Shown: positions 28,438-37,669 of the stretch, one piece after another
How the letters are laid out: each line of letters starts with the position of its first letter
How positions within the stretch are numbered: the first letter of the stretch is position 1
Virus record (IMG/VR): IMGVR_UViG_3300035086_000100
Span: 1 to 64,000 of that record
DNA: 64,000 nucleotides
Strand: one strand, 5' to 3'
From: a virus
Program-made: the position numbers and the translations under genes
Notes under the pieces: model-generated
Told to the model about the DNA's origin: nothing
The model's database searches: none
Seen by the model: the letters and a program-made list of their open reading frames with translations, nothing else

Positions 28438-28722
28438 ATGTCCGAGGGAACCTCAGCGGCGCGGCTGCGCGAAATCCTGTCCCGCCACGGCGAGGCACGG
28501 GCGATGCTCGTGTCCGACGCGATGTACCACGCCCAGATCCGCTACACGTGCGACCTGCTCGACGTTGTCGACGAAGTAGCGGACCCGGAGACGGCCAAGC
28601 GGATCACGGATGCGATCGGGGACCGGCTGGCAGGCCCGGAAGCGAGCGACGCCATCAAGCGGGCCGTGGAGGCGGCTGCGGAGATCGGGGCGCTGAGCCG
28701 GTCATGCCGCCCGCCCCGCTAG
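28438..28722 (+). CDS. Hypothetical protein (leaderless island gene)
   Basis: TACGCT -10 box 6 nt before ATG. Confidence 0.55.
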   Translation: MSEGTSAARLREILSRHGEARAMLVSDAMYHAQIRYTCDLLDVVDEVADPETAKRITDAIGDRLAGPEASDAIKRAVEAAAEIGALSRSCRPPR

Positions 28723-28723
28723 C

Positions 28724-28954
28724 TCAGTTGCTCACCGCTCTGTGCAATCCGGGGGTGCCCCGGACAATCGCGGCCGGGCTCGCCGTATCCGCCGATCCGG
28801 GCGCAGCAGGCACGATGCCGCCCGCTGCCAGGAGCTGGACCGTGAACGGGGATGCCGGGTCAAGGGGAAGGCTGGTTCCCGCTTTCGCGATCCACGACGC
28901 GACCGCCGACCAGACCTGCAGGTCACGCTGGGCGGTGTAGAGGACGGTGGCCAC
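28724..28954 (-). CDS. Hypothetical protein
   Basis: GTG start, 76 aa. Confidence 0.45.
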   Translation of the reverse strand: MATVLYTAQRDLQVWSAVASWIAKAGTSLPLDPASPFTVQLLAAGGIVPAAPGSADTASPAAIVRGTPGLHRAVSN

Positions 28955-28973
28955 GGAGGGATCACCGCCCGCG

Positions 28974-29201
28974 TCAGTGAACGTCTGCCGCCTTGCATTC
29001 GCCGAGCAGCCTGAGAGCTTCGTCGCGCCCGCCGACCCGGAGGATGGCGTCATAGAAGTCGGGGTCGATCACAGCGGCGTGTATCCGGCCGCGCTGGGTG
29101 ATGGCCGTCATCTGGTAACGCATGCGGACGCGGGTGATCAGCTCGGCCAGTTCAGCGCGGGCTTCGGTGATGCTGACTGCCGCCGGCGGGTCGTTGCTCA
29201 T
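28974..29201 (-). CDS. Phd/YefM-family antitoxin-like DNA-binding protein
   Basis: VSITEARAELAELITRV..AITQRGR.AAVI; leaderless TTGACG-18 bp-TACAGT promoter. Confidence 0.8.
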   Translation of the reverse strand: MSNDPPAAVSITEARAELAELITRVRMRYQMTAITQRGRIHAAVIDPDFYDAILRVGGRDEALRLLGECKAADVH

Positions 29202-29211
29202 GCCCTGAACT

Positions 29212-29282
29212 GTACCGGCCGTACCGAGATAACGTCAAGTACGGTCTGTACAAGTAGGCGTTCCGCGTGGTACGTTTAGTAC
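29212..29282. promoter_or_regulatory. Divergent promoter region with three GTAC-N5-GTAC boxes
   Basis: Boxes at 29212-29224, 29239-29251, 29270-29282; variant at 29589-29601. Confidence 0.75.
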
Positions 29283-30419
29283 ATGAGATCAAACGAGGGC
29301 ATCGCCAGGATGACGCGCAAGGCAGAGGATCACGACACGCACGCCCTGTGCGACGCGCTGCTGATGCTCGGCCTGAAACTGGGCGAGAGCGGGCTAGATG
29401 AGGCCGAGCGCATGACGCGGGCCGTCCTGATCGACGTGCTGTGCAAGCGTCACCCCGAGGCCGACGCCGCGTTCGATGCCTGGGCAACCGACTTCGAGGC
29501 CTACATGAAGGCCACCGCAGAAGAGGCCATCACCAGCGCCGCGCTTGCGGCGGTCGGTGCCGGTCGGCGCTAACTGGACCAGCCTTCCGCACGGTCTGTA
29601 CGGACGTAGGGCGCGAAGCTAGCGGCAGGCACGCAAGGATTCAGGATCGGCAGCGAGGAGGAGTGATGTACGAACTCAAGCTAGCCAGCGGCGCCGTGGT
29701 CACATGGAACGGCGCAAGCGAGACCGACGCCGCCAAGCGCTATGCCGACTGCCACCGTGACGCCACGGTGATAGCCACCCGCCCGATCAGGCACGGCCTG
29801 TTCATAGGGGCACCGACTGCCGGCTAGGCAGCCAACCCGAGGGAGTAGCCATGAGCAGTCCCTGCCCCGAATGCGGGTGCTCGCCCGAACAGCCGTGGTA
29901 CTGCGGGTGTTCCAACGAGGACTGCCCGTGCAGCGGCAGCGATGACGACGATGACGGAGAGTGAGATGCCGGGACTTCCCGCTAACTACGACACCGACCT
30001 GTCCCGCGAACCAGAGCCGCCCCGGTGCTACTGCGCCGGTACCGGGTGGATCGCATGGCCAGACGGTGACATCGAGCCGCACCCGTTCAACCCGTCCGGC
30101 GATGATCCGGCGCTGCGCGAGTCGTGCCGCGCCCTCTGCGATCCGAAGGGGGTGTAAGACGATGACCGAGGACACGGGCCGGCTAGCGCAGCCGCAGCAG
30201 CGATCGGTGAACGTGCAGGCATTCGGCGACACCATGGCCGAAATCGAGATGGCGGCGCTGGACAAGGCACGGGAGTACTTCGGCGAGGGCTGGCGCATGC
30301 GGATCGAGCCGAGCTACCGGGCGCACACGGTAGGCGAGCATGACCCGAACCGCGTCGCGGCGGCAGGCAAGGCGTATCAGGCCCACGTGATCGTCAGCCT
30401 CGTCGAGCCTGAAGCGTAA
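29283..30419 (+). other. Island of five small genes (29283-29573, 29666-29827, 29851-29964, 29966-30157, 30162-30419)
   Basis: Short ORFs with RBS or leaderless starts between portal and terminase. Confidence 0.55.
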
Positions 30420-30422
30420 TCG

Positions 30423-33257
30423 CTAGCGCCACGAGTGCACGTTCGGCCTTGACGGCCTTCCGTCGTCATCCTGGGGAGCGAACGAGTCCACGCCCCACCC
30501 GTTGTCCCGCTGGCCGTAATCGGTTCCCTGCTGCTGCTGAGTTGCCCGCCTGTGACGCGGGTCGGAGGGGCGGGACAGTTCGTCCAGCTCGGCCTGCAGG
30601 GCGTAGCGGCGGGCACCGGCAGCACGGGGGGTGCCGGAGAGGTCGAAGTCGTGATCGAGGAACGGCGTTATCGCCCAGACCAGGCTATCGAGCCTGTCCG
30701 GCGATCTTTCGCCCGCAGCGCCAGTAAACGTGACGCATTGATCCTCTAGTTCCACGTGCGGGCCGTTGACGTGCCGCACGATGTCCCGCTCGTACAGTGC
30801 CGCTACCGGCTCGGCGCGGGTCCGCTTCGCCTGCGATGCGTGCACCACCTGATACGGAACCGACACGCCCAGGTCGCGCATGACCTGCCGCAACGTCGCT
30901 TCAAGGTAGGCGCCGCCGTGGTTCTTCTCCAGGATGACCCGGCCGTCCCAGCGTTCGGCCACCCGGACGACGCGCTTCAGGAACGGGACCGCGCCGATCC
31001 GGCCGCCCCACGACTCAGGGACGTACAGCCGCCGGTCCCCGCCGATCCCCGCGACGGTGTAGGCGCACTCGTCGGAATCCTCGGTGCCGTCAGAGGGGTC
31101 AGCGCCCACCGTGACCTGATGAAGCCGCCCGTCAGCGCCGCCGGGGACCTCCGGGACCTGGATCGACTCCAGCAGATCCCTTGACCAGAGAGCGTTCTCG
31201 ACGTCGTCGAGTAGTTCGCCCTCAAGCTCCTGGCGTTCCAGCCGCGTGCCCGTGGCTCTCGCCACGACTGATCGGTAGAACGTCTCCGACAGGTTCGCGA
31301 GGTTGTCGGCCGTCCTGAGCCTGCGGACCACCACGCCCGGTTCGTCGCGCAGCAAGCGCCGGATCAGCTTCGCCGCAGGCCGGGAGATCTTCGGGGTTCC
31401 GTCCGCGATGATCCGCGAGATTCCCTTGCGGACCGCGTAGGCGATCGACTCATCCCACGCCGTCGCCCACTTCAGCCACAGGCCGATCTCACTGCACCAG
31501 CACGCTGTCAGGTTCTTGCCCTGCACCCGCAGCGCGCCGTCGTTCGCCGAGTCGACGTAGATGACGTGACCAGACCGCAAGCCGATCTCGCCATAGGACC
31601 GGTGAGCGTAGGCCACGGTCCGGCTCGTGCCGTTCTTGACCTCGCCCGCACTGGTCCCCAGCGCTGCGAGAAACCCGCTCTCACCCTCGACGCAGACTGT
31701 CCATGCGTCCCGGTAGGTCGGGGCCACGATTGCCCAGTCGGCGGGTTCCGGCGTGTCCTGGATGAGCTGGGCGAGGCCCTGAGCGGAACTCCGGGTGTTG
31801 TGAGTCGGAACCATCGACTCGCCAGCGAGGTACATGTGATGCGGAGAGTCGACCGTCAGGCAGCGCATGGCCACGGGGTCGATCCGCTCAGCGCTAACGA
31901 TCATGCGGTGGTAGTGGCGGAACGCCTGCGCAGTGGGCATCTTGCAGCGGGCAAGTTTGCGGGACAGCCTGAATACGGGAATCGTCGGCCGCCAGGTGAC
32001 GCGCCACTTCGGCCCGCAGTCGCGCCCGTACAGCGTTGCCCGCCCCTCGGCGCAGACGGGCTTCTGGCCCAGCGACCGCGCCAGTTCGACCACGGCGTCA
32101 GCAAGGGGCTTGCAGGTGCTGGTGAACTCGACAGCGCAGCGTCGGGCGTCGGCACTGCCGTCTGTGTCCATCAGACCTTGCAGCAGCGCCAGCCGCTGAC
32201 TAGCGGACGCCCGGAGATACTCGGACGGAACGTGTTTGCTGCCGATCACGCCCAACTTGCGCAGCCGTCCGGTAAGGCCGGCGGGGTCGCGGGCATACGC
32301 CTGGCCGCCGATGAGGTAGCCCGGACACCGGTCGCCGTTCGGGCGCAACGGCTTGACGGTCTCGCCGCAAGCGCGGATGTGATCCAGGATCTCGGGGTCG
32401 GCCGAGGTGAGCGTGGCGTTGACCGATGATCCGTCGCCGAGCCAGCAGCCCAGGACGTAGGGATGCACGGGAAGGCCGGCTTCGGGCAGGTCAAGCGCAC
32501 CGCACACCGGAACCGAGTGGTTCGTGTCGCCTCGCGCGCCGAACGTGAGCGTGTCGGCAATCTGCTGCGTGGTGCGGATGCGCGGGCCGGGTGAGTCCGG
32601 GAACACTAGCGGCTCGGTCTTGCGCTCGACATAGGCGCCTGCGGTCAGGTGCCTGATCAGGCCGGTCCGGGATAGCCCGGTCTGCCGTATGACCTGATCG
32701 ACCGTTGCACCGCCTGCGCGGAGCGCCAGTGCGGGCTCTACCTGCTGGCGGGTCAGGTAGTTGTTGCCGCCGGGCAGTGGCCGCCGCCTTCGCCACGCCG
32801 GCCAGTCGTCGGGCAGGCGGGATGAGTCGTCATAGGGGGAGCGGAGAAACTCCTTGCGCTCGGCATGCGTCCACGTCACCCACTGGTGATCCGAGCACGC
32901 GTCAATGAACGTGCCGTCCGAGAACCGCAGCCGGTAGGCCACCTTCGGGATGTCATCGAACGTCGCCGTGACCCGGCAGATCCGCCCTGCTTCGTCGAAG
33001 ACTTCGTCGCCTGCGTTGATCTCGCCTAGTTTCGCCCAGCCGCGAGGCGTGGGAATGGGGGTAGCCACATCAAGTAGCTTACCGGCCCCTCTGCCGCCCT
33101 GATAATAAACGACGCGCCAGTCGCCCTCGGGCAGGAGCTGATCGGGCCGGGCGGTTCTCAGCCACTCCTTCTGAGGGTCCGCATGCACTCGCTTCCAGGC
33201 CCGCAGTTCAGCGAGTAGCCGCAGCTTCTCCGGAGGCGCCTGATGGATCACTGGCAC
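30423..33257 (-). CDS. terL: Terminase large subunit with intein
   Basis: Walker A GRGAGK|T, IVAPT, DGTPK, nuclease GADPS..ILEKNHGG..PDRLDSLVWA. Confidence 0.95.
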   Translation of the reverse strand: MPVIHQAPPEKLRLLAELRAWKRVHADPQKEWLRTARPDQLLPEGDWRVVYYQGGRGAGKLLDVATPIPTPRGWAKLGEINAGDEVFDEAGRICRVTATFDDIPKVAYRLRFSDGTFIDACSDHQWVTWTHAERKEFLRSPYDDSSRLPDDWPAWRRRRPLPGGNNYLTRQQVEPALALRAGGATVDQVIRQTGLSRTGLIRHLTAGAYVERKTEPLVFPDSPGPRIRTTQQIADTLTFGARGDTNHSVPVCGALDLPEAGLPVHPYVLGCWLGDGSSVNATLTSADPEILDHIRACGETVKPLRPNGDRCPGYLIGGQAYARDPAGLTGRLRKLGVIGSKHVPSEYLRASASQRLALLQGLMDTDGSADARRCAVEFTSTCKPLADAVVELARSLGQKPVCAEGRATLYGRDCGPKWRVTWRPTIPVFRLSRKLARCKMPTAQAFRHYHRMIVSAERIDPVAMRCLTVDSPHHMYLAGESMVPTHNTRSSAQGLAQLIQDTPEPADWAIVAPTYRDAWTVCVEGESGFLAALGTSAGEVKNGTSRTVAYAHRSYGEIGLRSGHVIYVDSANDGALRVQGKNLTACWCSEIGLWLKWATAWDESIAYAVRKGISRIIADGTPKISRPAAKLIRRLLRDEPGVVVRRLRTADNLANLSETFYRSVVARATGTRLERQELEGELLDDVENALWSRDLLESIQVPEVPGGADGRLHQVTVGADPSDGTEDSDECAYTVAGIGGDRRLYVPESWGGRIGAVPFLKRVVRVAERWDGRVILEKNHGGAYLEATLRQVMRDLGVSVPYQVVHASQAKRTRAEPVAALYERDIVRHVNGPHVELEDQCVTFTGAAGERSPDRLDSLVWAITPFLDHDFDLSGTPRAAGARRYALQAELDELSRPSDPRHRRATQQQQGTDYGQRDNGWGVDSFAPQDDDGRPSRPNVHSWR
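31797..33077 (-). mobile_element. Class 3 intein with LAGLIDADG endonuclease (427 aa) in the Walker A motif
   Basis: Starts LLDVATPIPTP; HQW, MRCLTVD, PTHN|T; GCWLGDG and GLMDTDG motifs. Confidence 0.9.
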
Positions 33258-33741
33258 GCTCGGCCATCTCCGCTGTCAGTTGCTCGATCTCGGCATCGAC
33301 CGCGCTCTCCGGAACGAATTCGACGCGGGTCTTCGCCGCCGGGTACAGGTCCCGCAGTTTCGCTTCCTCCTGGTCGAACCTCAGCAGCCGGTCCAGCGCC
33401 GACAGGACCGGGGCGTCGTCAAGAAGCGGCTCCCCGGTTTCGGGGTGCAGGACCAGCCGGCCGTCTGACACCTTGTAGTGCCGGGCGGCCAGGACCCGGT
33501 AGGCGGCCCGGCGGTAGTCCTGGAGGCGTTCCAGCAGCATCGCCATCGACTCGGGGCTCGCCAGCGAGCCGCGCATCGAGGCGGTGGCGTGGCGCTGGAT
33601 CGCGAGCCCGACCGTGACGTGGCTGCGGTAGCCGAGCTGGGCGGCGATCTGCCGGTAGGACAGCCCGCGCCGGTACAGGTCGGCGGCCTGGGCGTCGCGT
33701 TCCATCACGTCCTGGGAGGGGCGGCGGGACATGGCGGCCAC
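33208..33741 (-). CDS. Terminase small subunit (HTH)
   Basis: RDAQAADLYRRGLSYRQIAAQLGY; directly upstream of terL. Confidence 0.75.
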   Translation of the reverse strand: MAAMSRRPSQDVMERDAQAADLYRRGLSYRQIAAQLGYRSHVTVGLAIQRHATASMRGSLASPESMAMLLERLQDYRRAAYRVLAARHYKVSDGRLVLHPETGEPLLDDAPVLSALDRLLRFDQEEAKLRDLYPAAKTRVEFVPESAVDAEIEQLTAEMAERASDPSGASGEAAATR

Positions 33742-33768
33742 CTCCGGTGCGTTCAGTGACCCATGCGT

Positions 33769-34557
33769 TCAGTGAACAGGCATCGCGGACGACCGGATGC
33801 CGACCGTCCAGAGGAGATCGCCGGATTGGAGGTACGGCAGGCATTTCGCCTCGTAGAGCGGGTCCAGGGCAAGGCCGCCGAGGACGTTAGGTGCGCGGTC
33901 GGCGTAGGCGTACGGGCTCGCGGCGAGGCGCACCATGTCGCGCCAGCCGGGGGCGTGGCGGTCAAGGCACGGGGCCGGGTCTCCGCCGACGCGGACGCCG
34001 AGCACAGGAACGGCACGGGGCAGGCCGCCGAGAATCCCGGCGAGGGTCATGCCGCTGCCCACGGGCACCACGAGCCGTTCGCAGGCGGGGAGGCTCGCGG
34101 CCTGTTCCGCTACCTGGCGCAGGTAGGCGGGGTGGTCCATGCCGTAGCCAATCGACGCCCAGCCGGGCAGGGCTGCGGTGTCGGCGCGGAACCGGGCCTT
34201 GATGACGCTGAGCCGAGCCGGGTTGTGGCGCAGGACGATCGCGCCGGCCGCCGCCGCGCACGCGGTCTCGCAGGTTTCCCCGCCCGACCCGGTGTGCAGC
34301 CGCGCGGGGATGCCGAGGGCGCGTGCCGCCAGGGCCGCGCGCTCTAGCTGGGGGCTGATCCGCGACCCGGCGGTGATGATCCCGGCGCGGCCTGCGGCGG
34401 CCTCGATTACCGCGCGGGCCTTCGCGCCCGACGCGCCGCCTAGTGACCAGGCGTCCTCGCGCTTGACGAGGATGCCGTCGTGCTCCTCAACCGGCGTAAT
34501 CTCGGGCGTGAAGTCGGGGACGGCTATGGCGCGCACCAGGAGCAGCGCGCCGGTCAC
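33769..34557 (-). CDS. PLP-dependent enzyme (ACC deaminase/D-cysteine desulfhydrase-like)
   Basis: VKRED..GAKAR, VPVGSGMTLAG, LDPLYEAK. Confidence 0.8.
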   Translation of the reverse strand: MTGALLLVRAIAVPDFTPEITPVEEHDGILVKREDAWSLGGASGAKARAVIEAAAGRAGIITAGSRISPQLERAALAARALGIPARLHTGSGGETCETACAAAAGAIVLRHNPARLSVIKARFRADTAALPGWASIGYGMDHPAYLRQVAEQAASLPACERLVVPVGSGMTLAGILGGLPRAVPVLGVRVGGDPAPCLDRHAPGWRDMVRLAASPYAYADRAPNVLGGLALDPLYEAKCLPYLQSGDLLWTVGIRSSAMPVH

Positions 34558-35966
34558 GCCGTCTGGCTGTCGTCGCCCCATGCTTCCGTTACCTCATCCG
34601 GCAAGTACAGGTCCACCTTGCCGCATGCCTTGGCGGCGCGCTGACGGCTTCCCTTGCAGAAGACCGACACGTCCTGATGCGTCCGCCCGAGCGTTCGTGC
34701 GCCCTCGAACATACGGGGGGCGCGTATCGGGAGGCTGCCGACCGACGTCACGAGTACCGCGCCCGATGCGAACATGAGCCCGGCCGATGCTGCGGCGCGC
34801 ACCGTCATGGCCCGGAAGTCGACGAGGCGGCCGGTCTTATCGTCCCGCACGTCGCCAGTCACGATCACGGCGAAGCGGTCCGGGCGGAGGGCGGCAGCAA
34901 CGCCCTTCAGTATGTGCGTGTAGGTGTCCTCAAATGCAGCCTCGCCCATGCCCGACAGGTCGGCCGGATCGTCGCTGTACCGCTCCAGCCAGAGGTAGGG
35001 CGGGCAGGCGAGTATGAAGTCCGCACTATCCGGCATCAGATCGCTAACCCACTCGGCGGAATCGCCTATGGCCCACGTGACCGCCTCGCGGTTGATGAGC
35101 CTGCGGGCGGCGAAGTCGTCGGCCTGCTCCATGTTGGCCTTGACCTGATCGGCTGACAAGTCGTTGCCGATGTACCGACGCCCGGTCATTGCGGCCATGA
35201 GGCCACGCACGGAGCCGCCGGCGAACGGATCAATCACGGTACCCTCGCGCGGGCAGAACCAGCGGTAGGCGAGTTCGCATAGCACTGGATCGAAGATGCT
35301 TACCGTGCCGCCTTCGGTCGCATCTGTCTTCAGGCGGCTCGGCCCTCGATCGGCCGCCGCGCTGAAGTCAATCAGGCTCCCGTCGCGGCCGACCTCAGAC
35401 TTCAGCCCGAGATCAGCCCATGCCCTCTTGCGGTCTCGCCACCAGCCTTGCCGGGAGTCGAGTACGTCGAAGGGCGGGATCAGGAAACGGTCGGCCAGGG
35501 ACGGGCGATCCTCCGGGCCGTCACCATGACCCGAGCCCTCGCCGCCGCCGGATTCGTCCCGGCCCAGCAGATCGGCAATGTCATCCAGATCATGGACCGA
35601 GTAGCCGGTGCCGTCTAGATCGCCGTCTAGCGCGGCAAGCAGTTCCGCGAGGGCCTGGGTGTCATCCTCTGCCAAGTCCGCTAGGCGGTTGTCCGCTAGA
35701 TTCACTCTTCGCGCTTCGTCATCGGTGCAGGTGATGACCTCGCACCGCACCGTCTCGTGACCTTCGGCCTGAAGCGCGTCAGCGGTGTGATTCCCGGCCA
35801 GGATCACCAGGCCCGAGCCGGTGTCGCGGACGACGATGGCGCGGTACTGGCCGAGGCGGCGCACCGAGGAGCGGATCTCGCCGACGTTGCCGCGCCGGGC
35901 GTTGCCGGGGAACCGCGCCAGGTCCGCTACGGCTATGTCGCGTGTCCCCGCTGGAGTGACGGCCAC
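34554..35966 (-). CDS. ParB-like domain fused to a DNA amino-methyltransferase
   Basis: PGNARRG..ILAGNHT..LADNR; IDPFAGGSVRG; ACPPY. Confidence 0.85.
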   Translation of the reverse strand: MAVTPAGTRDIAVADLARFPGNARRGNVGEIRSSVRRLGQYRAIVVRDTGSGLVILAGNHTADALQAEGHETVRCEVITCTDDEARRVNLADNRLADLAEDDTQALAELLAALDGDLDGTGYSVHDLDDIADLLGRDESGGGEGSGHGDGPEDRPSLADRFLIPPFDVLDSRQGWWRDRKRAWADLGLKSEVGRDGSLIDFSAAADRGPSRLKTDATEGGTVSIFDPVLCELAYRWFCPREGTVIDPFAGGSVRGLMAAMTGRRYIGNDLSADQVKANMEQADDFAARRLINREAVTWAIGDSAEWVSDLMPDSADFILACPPYLWLERYSDDPADLSGMGEAAFEDTYTHILKGVAAALRPDRFAVIVTGDVRDDKTGRLVDFRAMTVRAAASAGLMFASGAVLVTSVGSLPIRAPRMFEGARTLGRTHQDVSVFCKGSRQRAAKACGKVDLYLPDEVTEAWGDDSQTA

Positions 35967-36035
35967 GCAGCCTCCCCGCTTGCCGGCCGGTGGGCGATGC
36001 TGACTTGCCGCAGGTCAAAACGTTGAATGGATGAC

Positions 36036-36064
36036 TTGACAACGTTTAGCTAGAAGCGTAGATT
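36036..36064 (+). promoter_or_regulatory. Housekeeping-type promoter of an island
   Basis: TTGACA-17 bp-TAGATT. Confidence 0.75.
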
Positions 36065-36104
36065 CAACCTTGCAGGAACATCCCGACAACGAAAGTGGTC
36101 CCCG

Positions 36105-36410
36105 GTGAACATCACCCGCGAGCAGCTAGACGACATCCTCGACGCGGCCGAACTATACGAGGCCGACGACGACAGCTACGACAGCGACGGCCACGTCACC
36201 GTCACCAGTGACTATTCCGGTCGCGGCATGTACGGCGCGGCCTGCCTCGGTTTCACGGTTTCGCACCTTGCCGACGCATTCAAGATCGCCGTCGCGATGG
36301 GCGGCGTCCTCGGAGCCGACGAGGCCCGCGAGATCGCCGGCAAGGCCCGCAGCGACAGCATGGGCCGCGACGTGATCGTCTACTTCCCCGGAGTCACCCT
36401 CGATGCCTGA
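36105..36410 (+). CDS. Hypothetical acidic protein
   Basis: DYSGRGMYG..C.G..DSMGRDVIVYFP. Confidence 0.7.
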   Translation: MNITREQLDDILDAAELYEADDDSYDSDGHVTVTSDYSGRGMYGAACLGFTVSHLADAFKIAVAMGGVLGADEAREIAGKARSDSMGRDVIVYFPGVTLDA

Positions 36411-36633
36411 GCCGGTCATCTACCACGGCGCCGCAGAACTTGCGGCGCTGTTCGGCGTGAAGCCCGGAACAATCGACACGTGGCGGAAACGCTACCCGGA
36501 CTTCCCCGAGCCGGACGCCTTCACCGGGCGCGTAGCCGGGTGGCTGCCGTCCCGTGAGGCCGAGATGCGGGCGTGGCGCGCATCCCGGCCGGGGCGGGGC
36601 GCGGGCGGGGGCAGACCGCGCAGGGTGAGCTAG
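36403..36633 (+). CDS. AlpA/MerR-like HTH regulator
   Basis: GAAELAALFGVKPGTIDTWRKRYPDFPEP..RPGRG. Confidence 0.75.
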   Translation: MPEPVIYHGAAELAALFGVKPGTIDTWRKRYPDFPEPDAFTGRVAGWLPSREAEMRAWRASRPGRGAGGGRPRRVS

Positions 36634-37178
36634 TTCGAGACGCCCGCGTTGCCTACCTGGGCGGGCGGGGCCGGGGGCACGAGTCCCTGAACCGCAGCCA
36701 CGCCCGCAGTGACCGATGCGGCAGCGGCGACCAGGCCCGGCGTGGTCCCGTCCGGGGAGCCGTTCACCAGCGCGTCCAGGCCGGACAGGTCCAGGGTCGG
36801 GTTCTGCGCCTGAAGCGCCGCGATCTCCGCCGCTACCTGCTCCACCGCCGACGTGTTGGCTACCTCAGCGGCCTGGATGTCAGCGAGTGCCCCGCCGAGT
36901 GCCTGCACGTCAGCGTCAAGGTTTTCCTGCGTCATGATGATCTTCTCCAGTTTGGCGTCTATCGCTACGAGGGCGGCGAGGATTCCGGCCGCCGGGGACG
37001 GTACGGGCGGGGGGTCGGGGGCGCAGCGGGACAGGTGCTCGTCGAACGCCGACGCGGTGCGCAGCACGATCTCGGCGCCGTAGTCGCAGCCCGCGTACAG
37101 CTCGACGGCCAGCCGCAGCCCTTCCCGGGTCGGGGGGACGTGCCTGTCGGAATCGGTCACGGGCGGGGCCGGCGCCAC
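36630..37178 (-). CDS. Hypothetical protein
   Basis: ORF with coiled-coil-like middle; start uncertain. Confidence 0.55.
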   Translation of the reverse strand: MAPAPPVTDSDRHVPPTREGLRLAVELYAGCDYGAEIVLRTASAFDEHLSRCAPDPPPVPSPAAGILAALVAIDAKLEKIIMTQENLDADVQALGGALADIQAAEVANTSAVEQVAAEIAALQAQNPTLDLSGLDALVNGSPDGTTPGLVAAAASVTAGVAAVQGLVPPAPPAQVGNAGVSN

Positions 37179-37333
37179 GGGTACCAGCCGGCGGCCTGGG
37201 ACAAGGCCAGCAGGATCAGGCCCGCGAGCGTGAAGTCTGCGGTGAGGTCCGCGGTTCCGTGCCCGGCGACCTTGAGGATCAGGGCGATGGCGAAGGCCAG
37301 GGCTGCCGCTACGGCGACGGTGATGGCGAGCAC
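37157..37333 (-). CDS. Small 2-TM membrane protein (58 aa)
   Basis: Manual translation MLAITVAVAAALAFAIALILK..LAGLILLALSQAAGWYPWRRPRP; RBS GGAGG. Confidence 0.6.
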   Translation of the reverse strand: MLAITVAVAAALAFAIALILKVAGHGTADLTADFTLAGLILLALSQAAGWYPWRRPRP

Positions 37334-37342
37334 GGGAGCCTC

Positions 37343-37549
37343 CTACGCGGCGCGGGTCCGGCGCATCCGGGCGGCGACCTTCGCTATCTCGTTGTAGTCA
37401 TAGGCCGGCCACCTGCCGAGCTGCCCGAGCGGCTCGATGCCGTTGCGGTCGATCCAGGTCCGCACCGTCGACGGGGGCACGCCCAGGATCCGGGCGGCGC
37501 GGGTGGGCGTGACCAGGTCATCGGGGTGCAGGGTGGCGCGGGGGGGCAT
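37343..37549 (-). CDS. MerR-like HTH protein
   Basis: LVTPTRAARILGVPPSTVRTW. Confidence 0.75.
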   Translation of the reverse strand: MPPRATLHPDDLVTPTRAARILGVPPSTVRTWIDRNGIEPLGQLGRWPAYDYNEIAKVAARMRRTRAA

Positions 37550-37628
37550 AGGCACCCCCAACGCCGCGAAGGCCCGCAGGCAAGCGCGGCGGCGGCATGC
37601 ATGCGGGCACAACTGTGTTACGGGCGCT

Positions 37629-37657
37629 AGCGTCTCACTCTCTGTAGCGCAAGTCAA
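37629..37657 (-). promoter_or_regulatory. Candidate late promoter
   Basis: TTGACT-17 bp-GACGCT facing the packaging genes. Confidence 0.4.
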
Positions 37658-37669
37658 CACGGTCCGTGA

